NCBI RefSeq assembly: GCF_004010195.1
Contig: NC_057731.1
Location: forward strand, 43,057,084-43,121,083
DNA length: 64,000 bases
Direction of reading: 5' to 3'
From: Chiloscyllium plagiosum
Taxonomy: Eukaryota
A program made the translations under genes and the position numbers. The notes beneath the pieces were generated by a model. The model was not told where the DNA came from. It was given only the letters and a program-made list of their open reading frames with translations, and searched no databases. Of the stretch, positions 1-12,192 are shown one piece after another. How positions within the stretch are numbered: the first letter of the stretch is position 1; the number at the start of each line of letters is the position of its first letter.

Positions 1-321
1 GTAGCCCTGGGCACACGTATGGGCCCCAGCTATGCCTGTCTCTTTGTTGGCTACGTAGAGCAGTTGATCTTCCGTAATTACACCGTCACCATTCCCCACC
101 TCTTCCTCTGCTACATTGATGACTGCATTGGTGCCATCTCGTGCTCCCGTGAGGAGGTTGAGCAATTCATCAACTTCACCAACACATTCCACCCTGACCT
201 TAAATTTACCTGGACCATCTCTGACACCTCCCTCCCCTTCCTGGACCTCTCCATCTCCATTAATGACGACCGACTTGACACTGACATTTTTTACAAACCC
301 ACCGACTCCCACAGCTACCTG
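1..321 (+). mobile_element. Penelope-like retroelement RT fragment (Neptune-like), truncated
   Basis: Translates GTRMGPSYACLFVGYVEQ...YIDD...HPDLKFTW...LPFLDLSI...TDIFYKPTDSHSYL. About 10 differences in 256 nt against the copy at 25742-25997. Confidence 0.88.
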
Positions 322-369
322 GTTAGACCGGAGGGTCTGTTTCCATGCTGTACATCTCTATGACTCTAT
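322..369 (+). mobile_element. CR1 LINE 3' tail
   Basis: GGGTCTGTTTCCATGCTGTACATCTCTATGACTCTA tail, also seen at about 17180, 41156 and 49681. Confidence 0.85.
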
Positions 370-389
370 GGTTGAACCTATTACTCTGG

Positions 390-1412
390 CTCACTTAAAC
401 TTACTGAAGTTTTGTTTAGAATGTAAACTAGTAAAATAGATAAGGGAGAACCGCTGGATGTGGTATATTTTGGAAAGTTTTTGATAAGATTCTTGACAAG
501 AAGTTAAAGCACATGGGACAGGGATGATATACTAGCATATATTGAGAATTGTTTGAGACAAGAAAACAGAGAGTGGAAATAAATGGGTCTTTCTCTGAGC
601 GGCAGGCAGTGACTTGTGGAATACTGCAAGATCTAGTGCATGGTCCCCAGCCATTAATGCAATGTCAAATTTACATGGATGAAGGAACTAAATACAATGT
701 TTCCAAGTTTGGTGATGACAAAAAACTGGACAGGATCGAGAGTTGCAAGGAGGATGCAAGTAAGCTTCAAGGTGTTGTAGACATTTTGAGTGAATGGGTA
801 AACACGTGACCGATGCAGTAAAAAGTGGTGAAAAACAGAAAGGAAGAGTGTGGTTTATATGAGATTTAATGGGAAGTGTGGATGAAAATAAACAAGCAGG
901 TGCAGCAAGCAATTAGGAAGGCAAACGATATGTTCACCATCATTGCAAGAGCACTTAAGTTTTAAAGAAGGGATGACTTTCTGCAGTTACACTGGATTTG
1001 GTTTGCCAACATCTGGAGTATTGCAAGCTAAGAATATACTTGCTATAGAAGAAATGCAGCAGAGGTTCACTCAGCTGATACCATTCCATGAGGAGAGATT
1101 GGTTCATTTGGGTCCGTATTCACGAGCATTTAGAAATTACAGGGAGTTTTGATTAAAACACAAACTTCTACAAGGGTTGGACAGACTAGATGCAAGGAGA
1201 TGGTTTCCCTGTATAGAGAATCTAAAACCTGAGGATAGTCTCAGGGTAAATCATTTCAGATGGAGATGAGGGTAAACGACACCAAGGGGTACAGGGGATA
1301 AGTGGGAATATGGCATTGAGATACAGAATCAGTCATGATCATATTGAATGGCAGAGAAGGGTAATATGGCTAACCAAGTGGCCAACTCTTGCTTCTACTT
1401 TTTAATGTTTCT
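390..1412 (+). mobile_element. Decayed CR1-type LINE ORF2 3' part
   Basis: Frame fragments RKQRVEINGSFSERQAVTCG..Q..V.GP, SKFGDDKKL (F-A-D-D-like) and a degenerate 3' tail. Confidence 0.8.
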
Positions 1413-3052
1413 ACGACATCAACTGATCTCCAATCTGGTGGGATCGATTACTCTGACATGAACTGATTTCTGATTTGATGGGCTGTTTTATTGTATTACA
1501 CATATTTGCTTCAAACTGACTACATTTTGTTGGTTGAACCATGATTCTCCTCTAATACCTCCCTTGTTCTCCTGAATTTGCTAATTCTGCTGGAGTGCCT
1601 GAACAGCTCACCAGAATATGGAATAAGCAAACACTCTTCACACATGAACTTACTGAAATCAACATGCTATTGAAACACATTGGTTCTATGTTACCTTTGA
1701 ATATTTTTTGTTCACCAGCCTGGCCATCACAGAAAAAAAACAGTTGATAAATGTTAGGAGCCCAGGCTGATTAGAATGTGCGATAGGTTTAGGGTTAAGC
1801 CCTAGTGAGGTCACTCTCAAAATAAAAACTAATATTTTGGCACCTAGATGATTTACCCTTATGCCAACTATTCTTAATTGAATACATCTACTATCCCAAT
1901 ATATCAAGCTGTCTTGGCTCTCAGCTTCACACATAGCTCAACATTTGTTACTGACCAACTGGAAAATTTGGCTTACATTCGAATTTATACACATTTATCT
2001 TAAGGAATTAAATATAGAATTGCAGAGATGGAGAATACGTCTGTGCAGGAAATTTACCCATCAACCAGCAGAGTTAGTCTGTAGTATAGATTTAGACAGT
2101 GACAGGTAAATCAGAAAGTTAAAGGTACAGTCACAACTAATTGTCTCCACTACATAGAGTAGTTTGAAATGGCAACATTGCAACATGTTTTAGTGAACAT
2201 CTGATTCACATACTCTGAAACAGCTGGAATGTGTCCCAGGTCTAACACTAATTTGCAGTTCAGTGTTGAAAGTGTATACCATCGGAAAGGGTATAAACTG
2301 GTGCTAACTGGTTTTCAAATCAACTCTGATTGACCAATGCTTTGCCATGGAGAAAGCATTTTTGAATTCCCAGGGAGCTTGGGGTGCCTATGGTTTTTCA
2401 GGTGTTCTATTTATAGCAACACCATGGCCAAACAAGTCAACTTGCCAACCAATCAACACTCCTTTTCTCCTGTGGTGTATATGATTCTGATGTTTTGAAA
2501 TTTGGCACTCTTACATTTGTATAAGTGTAAGGCAAAAAGCTTTGACAACAAATCTCTTTTGAGCAAGATTCAAGCTCTGGACCACCAAGTGAGTGTTTTG
2601 GCAAATCTCATCCATTTTGTATCACGTTTACTCCTCACTCTGTGAGGAACAATGTGATATTGAATCTTTCAAGGAACGAACTGCAGAAAATAATAGTTGG
2701 GACTTGTAGTATAAACACTGCCCATTGCAATGTTTGAGACTATTAATCAAGACAGTGCACTTTGGAAAAGCAGGAATTGCCATATACAGGCCTCTAACTG
2801 TCCTGGACTTTATACCAGTCCTTTATACAACTACTTTGCCACTAGTTAAGGGGTGCACTGTGATGATTATTACCTCCAATGTCACTCTGGACCATGCATC
2901 ACTTGTTCCACTCTCTCACACTGACCTGTGCACCAGCTGCACTGATACCCCGGCTGGCTGTGTAATGACCACCACTACTTTCCTTTGGACAGTGCATCAA
3001 CCTGCACTACATGTTAGCAAATTGCATTCTCTCTTCCAATGTTGAGTCTTAC

Positions 3053-3232
3053 CTCTTTTTTGCGATTTTTTAAAATGCTCTGGAATTTTGACAGCTCCTT
3101 TTCCTGGTCGGATTTGATCCTCTTTGCTTCATCTCGCAAGCGGGTAGTGTGGTCTTGTTCAAGACGCTCAATTGTCTGTTTCTGCTGCCGTTCCAAGTTT
3201 TCAATTTCATGGTCATACTGACGCTTCTTACT
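3053..3232 (-). CDS. SLK: SLK coding exon (exon 12 equivalent), coiled-coil region
   Basis: 180 nt, tcAG|AGT...GAG|GTaaga. Encodes SKKRQYDHEIENLERQQKQTIERLEQDHTTRLRDEAKRIKSDQEKELSKFQSILKNRKKE. Confidence 0.96.
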
Positions 3233-3999
3233 CTGAAGGGGAATAGATTAAACCCAGGTAGACAAATTACAAACCACATTTAATAGCATACAAGTCCATC
3301 TTTTCTCTGATAGTAAATTTCCAGATTTGTTTTAAAGTAAATTCAAATTTTCAAACTTCATTTTTGGATTTGAACCTGTATTCCCCATATTATTAATTCT
3401 GTAACATTATCACTACTGCACGTAGCTGATACTAAGTTTCACCCAGATTGTGATTAAAAACTAAACATTCTGGGTGAGAATTTGCCTTCTTTTCAAAATG
3501 TCAATTAAAGCAAAACAGAGGGTAGAGAATCATTGACTGAAAGGACTTCAGCATTAGAAAAGGACGACATTACCAGTCTGTGCATTTTGAGCTAAAATGA
3601 TCAGTGCTAAATCATTTCAAATATTTTACAGATGGTTCAGTCGTTCAAAATGAGGGAATAATCTCCTGACAGTTCAGTGTGCTATGCAGAAACAGTATAG
3701 TAGAAATATCAGAATGGGGAGTTTTGACTATCCAGAGATCAACTGGATAAAACAACTAAAGGTTTTTTTAAAGTCCGGAGTTTATTGAAGACACCAGAGC
3801 ATGTTCAATGCACTGCTCAAATTGGCACAGGTACATTTAAATGGTTTTGGGCTAAAGGACAGGTGGGGATATGATTGAGGAATGGAGACATTCTGCTGCG
3901 GGAGGAGAGAACGAAGAGGAAAAGCGGCTGAAAGAGATGAAGAAGCAAACAACAAACCACTTAAATGAGTGAGTAAGCCCATAACCAATGAATAGAAAC

Positions 4000-4420
4000 C
4001 AAGAACATTTTGCATTTTACACAGACTTTTACAATCCAACGATTCTTTTGAAGTTGTAATACAGGAATTCCCCAGCTTAACTGTGCATTCAAAGTTGCCA
4101 AACAGCAGTGTGATACTGACCAGATAATCTCACTTTAATTATGATGATTGTGGATAAATAATGGCCAGGATATCTGAAATAACTCAAAAGTAAAACATAA
4201 CGTATGCTGGAAATCTGAAGGAGAAAATGCTGAAAATACTCAGCAGATCAGGCAGCATCTTTGGAGAGGGAAATAGAATTCATGTTTCAGATTGATTCAC
4301 TAATCAGGAAATGAAAGGTCATCAAATTGAAGCATTAACCATTTTTCATAAGTAATAACTTGCCTGATCTTCTTTCAAATAGTCACCATTGGATATTTTA
4401 TGTTCAACTGAGGGGACTGG
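4000..4420 (-). mobile_element. Deu-domain SINE relic interrupted by a degenerate hammerhead-type PLE element (about 4190-4350)
   Basis: TGGATAAATAATGGCCAGGATA and CTTCTTTCAAATAGT..GGATATTTTATGTTCAACTGAG resemble the reverse of the Deu core. The insert carries the GCTGAAAATACTCAGCAGATCAGGCAGCATCT arm. Confidence 0.55.
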
Positions 4421-4421
4421 T

Positions 4422-4560
4422 CATGATGTAGAGGTGCTGGTTTTGGACTCGGGTGGACAAAGTTTAAAGTCACACAACACCAAGGCTATAGTACAACGGG
4501 TTTATTTTTAAGTACAAACTTTCGGAGCGCTGTTCCTTCATCAGGTAGCTAGTGACAGGA
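4422..4560 (-). mobile_element. Short PLE-derived element with hammerhead motif (AAGCT-type family)
   Basis: Minus strand reads CTAC-CTGATGA-A-GGAACAGCGCTCC-GAAA-GTTT-GTAC. Flanks match the elements at 21634-21814 and 60133-60351. Confidence 0.75.
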
Positions 4561-4689
4561 ATGATGGCATACAAGATAAATGGCAGAGAAAAGAAATAAT
4601 TTATTAAAGTTACATATGCTACAGTAAATAGTGTTATTTTCTGTTGATCACAAAAACTGAAATTAATTACTCTGGTCCTGAGTAGCAGG

Positions 4690-4832
4690 AGAAAATGAGG
4701 ACTGCAGATGCTGGAGAGTCAGAGTCAAAAAGGGTGGTGCTGATAAAGGGCTTATGCCTGAAACATCGACTCTCCTGCTCCTAGGATGCTGCCTGACCTG
4801 CTGTGCTTTTCCAGCGCCACCCTTTTCGACCC
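4690..4832 (+). mobile_element. Short PLE-derived inverted element with decayed hammerhead motif
   Basis: CTGATAA-A-GGGCTTATGCCT-GAAA-CATC at 4740-4767, with inverted arms GTCAAAAAGGGTGGTGCTG / CAGCGCCACCCTTTTCGAC. Confidence 0.75.
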
Positions 4833-5039
4833 TGAGTAGCAGTCAGTCAGGCAAATTAGTCACCTTTGTGGTCTCATTGGGATTTTATACATTTTGAGGG
4901 GGCTTGTGGAATGGTGGGGCATAATAAAACGGATTGGTCTGTTCAAATTGAAATAAACTACTATGATCTGACAGCTATTACAGAGACTGGGCTGTGAAAC
5001 AACAAAGCTTAGGTCCTGAATATTCAAGGTTACCTGCCA

Positions 5040-7340
5040 TCTCAGAAGGACAGGAAGCAATGAGAAGATGGAGAGTTAGCTCTGTTAATTAAAAGTGGCC
5101 ATAACACAACAGAGAAATAACCTTAGAACTAAAAATCAAGCTATCAGATGTTTGGCTAGAAATAAGAAAGCGCAAAGAAATCTTTTGTGAGAGAAGGTCA
5201 TGGATCCCCTAACAGTATTCACACTGTATAATGGGTACATCGAACAAAATAATCAAGGTTTGAGAGAAATGCCTGGTGATAAACATGGGTAATTTTAATT
5301 TACAAACAGATTGATTGAATGAAGCAGATTAGCAGAAGCAGGTTGAAGTTCATATTGTACTTTTGGAATAGTTTCTTCCAGCAACAAGTTGTGGAGTCAA
5401 CTAGATTTGGTAATATGCAATAAGATTAGGCATCATAGTAAAGGAGCTCCCTAGGTGGCATGGATCATAGCTTGATTGATTTTCTGTTTGAGGAGAACAA
5501 TGGGTATAAGAATGAATGTTCTAAACTTAAACAAGGGCAATTATAAGGGTACATGAACAGAGCTAGGTCTGAAATAGGTCTGCAGAGAAAGAAAGACTTC
5601 AGGGGAAAGACACACCATTTGCAGCTAACTAAGCAAGTTCAAGACAGCATTAAATTGAAAGAAAAAGCATATAATTTCACAAAGATTAATACACAGTAGA
5701 TGTTTGAACAGAATGTTAAAAAAGCAAAGAATGGTTTAAAAAATGACTAAGAAACTAGAACGTGAGGAAGTTGTTTAGAAATATAAAACTAGATGCATTT
5801 TCAACACTTATTTAAAAAGAAAAGGGTAACCAAAGTGTGCAAAGTCCTCTTGAAAGATTGTGTAATTAATAATGGAAAATAAAAAAATGATGGATAAATT
5901 GAATTGATACGTTGAATCTATCTTCACTGTGGAAGTCACAGACAACATCCAAGAATTACTAATAAATCAAGAGGTGAAAGGATGGAAGTAAGTTAAAACA
6001 ATCACAATCATCAAGGAAAGGGTACTGGAAAACTGATTTGAACTGAAGAATTGCAAGTACCCAGCTCCCAATAGAGTTCATCCATAGTCTTAAAAGAAAT
6101 GTCTACTATATATGAGTACTAACTTTTTAAGATCCCCTAGCTGACAAAAAGGTTCCATCAGATTGGAAGGTAGTAAATATAACTTCTAATCAAAGGAAAA
6201 CAGAAAGCAAGAGGCTGCATATAATTTAGCTTAACATTGCTCATAGAAAAGTTACTGAAATCCATTATTAATATTAGAAAACATCAAGACAGGTAGAATC
6301 AATGTGGTTTTGTAAAAGAGGAGTATCAAATAAGTTGTGCAACATTTCTTTTTTTTTGCCACTGCCCAGACCTCCGAAGTGCACGGTGGCAGTGGCTTTG
6401 GGTGGCAGAAGCCATGCATCTGCACACCATTTGGTATGTGCACAGCTTCCCAGTGAATGCACCATCACCCACCTGCACAGCTTACAGGGAGTGCTGAAGG
6501 TGAATTAAGGGGTACTTTAAGATGTGATGTAATTCTATTTACAGCAGGCATTCGATAAGTTGTTTTGTTAAACATTACTACACAAAGTAATACCTAATGT
6601 TTTAGGCAGTAACATATTAATACAATTAGAAGATTAGATGACAAACAGGAATAAAACATAATGACTGACACGGCACAGGTAACAGAATTGGAGCCATAAC
6701 TATTTATAATGGAGAGCAATGATTTGTATGCATACAACAAGTGGTTAAAGAAGCAAATTGAATGTTGTTGTTTATGACAAGGGAGATTGTTATACAGAAG
6801 TAGGGATGTTTTGCTACAGTTAGACACGGAATTGGTGAGACCACATCTGGAGTATAGCGTACAGTTTTGTCTCTCTTATTTATGGATAGGATATAACTTC
6901 ATAAAAAGCAGTTCAGATAAGGGATAGGTTGGCCTGTAACCAGTAGAATTTAAAAGGATGAGAAGTAATCTCACTGAATCATACAAGATCTTGAGGGGAT
7001 TTGACTGGGTGGGTGCTGAGAGGATGTTTTCCCCTGGTGAGAGACAATTAAAGGACATAGATTAAAAATAAGGGATTTCTTATTTAAAATAGAGGTGAGT
7101 ATTTTTTTTCTCTTAGAGGATCATGAATCTGTGGAATTCTCTCCTCCAGAGCATGGTGGTGGCAGGTTTCTTGAATATTTTTAAAGAACATTTTTATTTT
7201 AGATAGATTGTTGACCAACAAGGAAGTCTCAAGAGAGTATGGAATAGACAAGAGTGTGGAATTTTACACAATCGTATAAAATTGCATAGAAAGCTCAAAA
7301 GGGCTGACTGACCTATTACTGCTCTTAATTCGTATTGTTA
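5040..7340 (+). mobile_element. Heavily decayed CR1 LINE ORF2 body, with a small insertion at about 6345-6510
   Basis: Scattered CR1-like segments (GATTGGAAGGTAGTAAATATAAC, GTGAGACCACATCTGGAGTAT, CCTATTACTGCTCTTAATTCGTATTG tail) and no intact ORF. Confidence 0.7.
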
Positions 7341-7486
7341 TAAGGATTGCATAAAGATGGATTCCAGTTCTACCCTTGAACAACTGCCTTTCTGGAGTAC
7401 AAGAGTGAGGCAGAGAATTAAAGCTTTTACAATGTTGCTAGTATGCTTTATATTTAACAACACAAGCTAAAGATTTCTAGACTTAC

Positions 7487-7610
7487 TGTCATCTCCTGCT
7501 CAAAACGGCGAAAGATCTGCTCACGCTGCTGCTGCAGCTTATTGCTGAGTTGCTGCTGTGTACGTTGTTCCTCTTTCTGAAGAAGCCGCAGCTCACGCAA
7601 CTCTTGGCGC
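7487..7610 (-). CDS. SLK: SLK coding exon (exon 11 equivalent), coiled-coil region
   Basis: 124 nt, gcAG|GCGC...ACA|GTaagt. Encodes RQELRELRLLQKEEQRTQQQLSNKLQQQREQIFRRFEQEMT. Confidence 0.96.
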
Positions 7611-8558
7611 CTGCACAGAGAACAGAAGTTCAACATAAAGTCATTCATAGACAGTCCTTTCAACACAGAAATAGAAACAAAAGATATAAAACCTAGAAAT
7701 CAGAGGTAAAAATACTGCAGGTACATCAATGCCTCACCATCAACAGATTTTAGGATGGAGTTTGTGGTTGCAACTTCATGTCAAAATCCAATTCCAAACA
7801 CTCAAGTCTTAGCTAATTCAAAACATTCACAAACTTAAACATGTTCAAATTTGGTTTTAGCTAAAGGTGCAATGTCTATTGCACTAACTCCCTTTGGTTT
7901 TGTGATTGAAGTTATTAATGACTTGAAAAAATGAAAAAAATGGGTGTAACAGATTTCCAATAATCTGGAGAAAATTCTTGATTTATTGTCAATTTCTTCT
8001 GATGCAACTAAAAAATGTGTTTTGAGATTTGAATCTTGGCAGAAATATCTTTGCTGCTGATTGTCTCATGTAAATCCCATCAGGTTCCATACTCATTTCT
8101 GTTCGATATTGAAAAAGCTTCATTAACACAAATTTTTAAATGCAATATAATCAATTCATCTCAAACCTGACAAAAAATACAGAGTTCAGCTGAGTGTTTG
8201 CCAGGCTCTATTATGTAAAACCAAGTCATCTGCTTTCTTTCCTAAGTGAGGATTCTATAAATATGTTAAGCTTCAAATCAAAATACTCCAGTTCTGAAAT
8301 TAATGACAGAGAATAAAAATAGGGAGCATTTGTTACTCAAAAACGAATATTGTCCAATGGGCTTTATCTGAAGCTATTCTCACAAACAGTGATAAGCTAA
8401 TTATAAACATAAAAAGAAATTGCTAGATAAGCTCAGCAGGTCTGGCAGCATCTATGGAGAGAAATCAGAGTTCGCATTTTGGGTCAAGTGACCCTTCCTC
8501 AGAACTGATGGTAGCTAAGTAGTTCGCGTGCAGAAGATAGGGTGGAGGAGGTAAGAAG

Positions 8559-10260
8559 TAGAGGTAATTCAACTAGAAAGCATTTATTAAACACAATTTG
8601 TGAATTGCCGACTTTTTTTAAAAAATAAAGCAAACTCCCATTTGCTGTTACGTGATTCTCATCCCTGGCACTAGGTGTCGCGGAGGACTGGACTCCGCAT
8701 TGGCATCATGTGATCAGTCGGCTCGTGTGCTTTCTCGTGAAGAGCTTCATGAAAGATATTGTGAAATATTTGTGCTCGCGGAGTTGGAAAAGCATCATGA
8801 AAATATCTCTACAGCCTGAGGACAAGAAGCTGGGAGCAATGTGTTAAAAACTTGAAGAGTTGAGATAAGAGTGAAATTTCACTGGAATTGACTAACAGTA
8901 AATGAACAGTGTTGAGGAGCAGTTTGAAACTTGGCTTTGTCGTTTGTATTAAGAAAGCTTTTTTTTCTCTTTTTGTTTAAAAAAAATGCTTAGATGTTAA
9001 AGATTATCTGCACTCATGCGAATCTGTTTCAGTGACTAATCACTATGGCAACCAACTGCAAAAAAATACCAGTATGGGGCTTGGACACGGTCAGTCAGCA
9101 GCTCAGGGTCAGGAAACTGCACATAGTGGATAAGGGAGAGAAAGGAGGGTAGCACACTGTTACTTTTGGTGCATGTGCGAAGATGTCCTAAAGGGGTGAG
9201 TAGGCCATGCAGAAGAGATTTAAGGTTAGTCAGGGTCAGATGGTAGTGAGGATAAGAGTGAGTGGGATGATGATGCAGGAAATGGTGGGTACAGTAGCAG
9301 AGATGGATTCAGTGTGAGGTATCAATGAGAAGATAGAGGCACTTTCACTAGCAGAGTGCAGAAGATCATTGATCTTCTTCCATAATTCTATGCATTCCCT
9401 CAGATGGTTGAGGCTGCACTAGTTTGGCTGGTAACCCAGGTCCAGGTTGGTGTTGTTCCACTAGAATGGGATCCTCTGTTGGCCTTGGAGAAAAGGATAT
9501 CTTGCCTCTGCATCATCCCATTCTCATCAGCACCATCTCAATGTCCCTGCCCACAAAGAGAGGCACCAATTTTCCATTGTCTTCCACGTTCAGGGCCAAT
9601 ACCAGGAACCATGCAGGGCAGTTCTAGATTGACAGCTCTTGTCTGGGTTTGACCAGCATGGATGTTGGTCAATTCTGGGATATCCAGGAAGTGGTGAGTT
9701 GTTTTGAAAATGACACCTGGTCTGATTGTGCTAGAATGTGAGTGAGGAGCATCAAAGGGTGAGGTAAATAATAAATCAGGTGGGTTTTGTAAAATAAGGT
9801 ATAGATATCCCTAAGCATCACGATGTGAAATCCTCTAAAAAAATTTGACCAAACTGACACTTAGTGAAAGAAATTAAGATCCTGCCCTTGATCTATCAAA
9901 GTAGGTTTCATTCTGGGATCTTACTTGTGCAATGTTATCATTGGATGGGATCAGAAGACTGATTAGAATGTAGTGCAGCCAGCATGTATAGATGCCAATC
10001 GAGATTAAAAGTTGAAAATTCTGATGAATTACACTATACAATACCATAAAACAGGTCAGGTACAATAGGTCCAAATTTACTTCGACTGTGCTATTGTTTG
10101 TGTTAGGCTAACTACTATTACTGTTTTGATTTTTACTGGTATTTTTGGTGGTCCGCCCCAACCCTATTTTTACTCAAAAGCACCATTTATAATGCATGAT
10201 TTTCTCTAACACAGCATTGCATGGGAATGTAATGATGGTGTTACAGGAGAACTACCTGTA
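8559..10260. mobile_element. Tc1/mariner (Tigger/pogo-like) non-autonomous DNA transposon nested in the PLE
   Basis: TA-flanked imperfect TIRs TAGAGGTAATTCAACTAGAA / GTTACAGGAGAACTACCTGTA. Removing it rejoins the PLE 3' region. The TIR resembles the MITE at 39976. Confidence 0.6.
9345..9590 (-). pseudogene. Decayed Myb/SANT-like (PIF/Harbinger ORF-type) coding relic
   Basis: With two frameshifts and stops it reads GKLVPLFVGRDIEMVL / GMMQRQDILFS..TPTWTWVTSQTSAAST / WKKINDLLHSA, the pattern of Myb_DNA-bind_5-like domains. Confidence 0.5.
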
Positions 10261-10455
10261 AATGATAGAAGGGAATGGAGCCCAAAGAGACAGAAGAACT
10301 GTTGGATAGATAAAGGAGTGGATAACAATCTGACTATGAGGGTGATTCAGTACTAATGGGGAATGTTAGTGGCTAACAATGGGTTGTGTGTAATAGCAGA
10401 CAATGTGGTAACAAGGCCTGGTGTGTGGGCTTTGGAATAGGAGCATAGGAGAGTA

Positions 10456-11158
10456 TGAAAAATAAAGAACAAGAAAGCATGGGAAGGATTAAACCATGAA
10501 GACCACTGGCAATTTGTGATCTGTGAAACGCAAGATAGAATAAGAATTGTGGAACATTCTTACACCAATTAACAGAGTAAGGTTAAGGCTGAAAGGTCAC
10601 TATGGCGTGATGAGATAACACAAGTAATAAAGCAAGTTTCTCTGTTAAGTGTTATGACGACAGGATTGGGACCATAAATATTTGGGACATGACATTAAAA
10701 TATCTAATTAATAGTAGAGTCAGCTTGAGTCAGGAGACTATTGTAATAGATGGAATAGCTAAATATCTATCATGATAGGTTAGTCTGCAATGGAAGATCA
10801 CTGTAGCAGAAGTGTTAATAAATATCTAATCATGATATTATGAAAATATTAAGTAGGGTCTGGAATGAAAGACCACTGTAGCAGAGTTAGCAATAAATAT
10901 CTAACCGTGACATTAGAATAACATTAAGTAGAATGTACAACTAAAGAGATAATGGGAACTAACATCACTGGTTTATTGCGTAGCTAGAGTGAGGTACTTT
11001 GATTAATATAGTTGGACATGCTGATAAGCTAACCGAAACATGATAAAAAATATAAAAATCCACTTTCTCAGGTGTCACGGTTTTTTGTTTGCAAATAAAA
11101 GACCTACTTCTTGAAGAACTCTCTGCGACTCCTGGTGGTTCTCTATATTTTCTCCACA
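10456..11158 (+). mobile_element. Probable solo LTR nested in the PLE
   Basis: TG...CA ends, repeated AAATATCTAA/GACCACTGTAGCAGA motifs, TATA-like TATAAAAA near 11051 and AATAAA near 11094. It interrupts PLE sequence. No clean TSD. Confidence 0.5.
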
Positions 11159-11358
11159 ATACTCAAAACCTAACGGTGTTGAATTCGATATTGAGTCCAG
11201 AAGGCTGCATCATCCCCAAGTGGAAAATGAGGTACTGTTCTTCCAGCTTGCGCTGAGCTTCACTGGAGCAGTGCAGCAAGCCTGAGATAGATGTTGGCCA
11301 GGGAACAGGATGGTGCATTGAAACTAATTATAGCCCTTTTTGCATTATTTGTTTAATA

Positions 11359-11700
11359 GGGGGAGGTAGTAACATGGCTGTAATTCCACTGGACTAGCAG
11401 CCTAGTATTCGTGGGTTAATGTTCAGGAGACATGGGTTTGAATTGCACCATGGCAGATAGTAACATTTTAAGTGATTTTTAAAAATCTAGCATAATGGTG
11501 ACCATGTAACCACTGTCCATTGTTGGAAAAACTCATCTAGTTCACTAAGGTCCTTTAGAGAATGAAATCTGATAGTTTATTTGATTAGGCCTACATGCGA
11601 CTCAACTCTCAGCAACGTGGTTGATTCTCAATTGCTCCAATTTGGGGTAGGTATTAACTGCTGACAGTGATGCCTACATCCACTGAATGAATAACAAAAA
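11359..11700 (+). mobile_element. tRNA-derived SINE (same family as 38435-39570)
   Basis: CACTGGACTAG..GGAGACATGGGTTTGAATTGCACCATGGCAGAT head, shared GTTCACTAAGGTCCTTTAG body and a TGAATGAATAACAAAAA tail. Confidence 0.75.
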
Positions 11701-12192
11701 TGTGCTTTATTTTCAGTTTTTAAAAACCTTTCTCACTTTATGCTTTTATTAATAGCTTCAAATATTCCAGTTAGAATTCAATATCCAAAAGCATGAGATT
11801 ACATTTATGTTAAGGAGATTCCACAATTCAAAATAACTCACTGTCCATGCTACACTGAAATCTTTCTGACAGAGGTACCAAAGTGTTCTTTTAACATAGA
11901 TCTTGCTTTTTTCTAGGAAACACATTCCTAGGAGTAGGGAAATAAATTATTAATTGCAGCTTATAAAGACAAATTACAGATGCCCTTCACTGTAAAATCA
12001 CTAGGTTGTAAAATAAGAGGAATTTATACATTACTAACAAATACAAATTCATGTGGAACGCTCATTGAAGGATACACTTGATCCAAGATTGAAATTGATC
12101 ATAAAGAAATTTACTCCAAAACAAAACTCAACATGTTATAAAGCTGCTGATATACTTAGTATTAAACAAAAATAACCAGGTTGGAGTCTTAC

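Larger units (their letters stand above)
8406..11323 (-). mobile_element. 5'-truncated Penelope-like element (GIY-YIG C-terminus, 3' region, hammerhead-bearing end) split by nested insertions
   Basis: 11165-11322 minus translates GLLHCSSEAQRKLEEQYLIFHLGMMQPSGLNIEFN. 8470-8503 minus reads CTGAGGA-A-GGGTCACTTGACCC-AAAA. Direct repeat CTAATTATA at 8397-8405 and 11324-11332. Confidence 0.8.

Noticed and set aside
2874-3002. AG...GT-bounded segment that could be the cassette exon 13
   Set aside because: There are stops in all three frames, it would leave only a 50-nt intron, and it has no similarity to the known exon 13 peptide.
10640-10960. Recurring AAATATCTAA motifs with spacers, superficially CRISPR-like
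   Set aside because: Vertebrate context, degenerate units with mutually similar spacers, and no cas genes. Better explained as LTR-internal tandem repeats.
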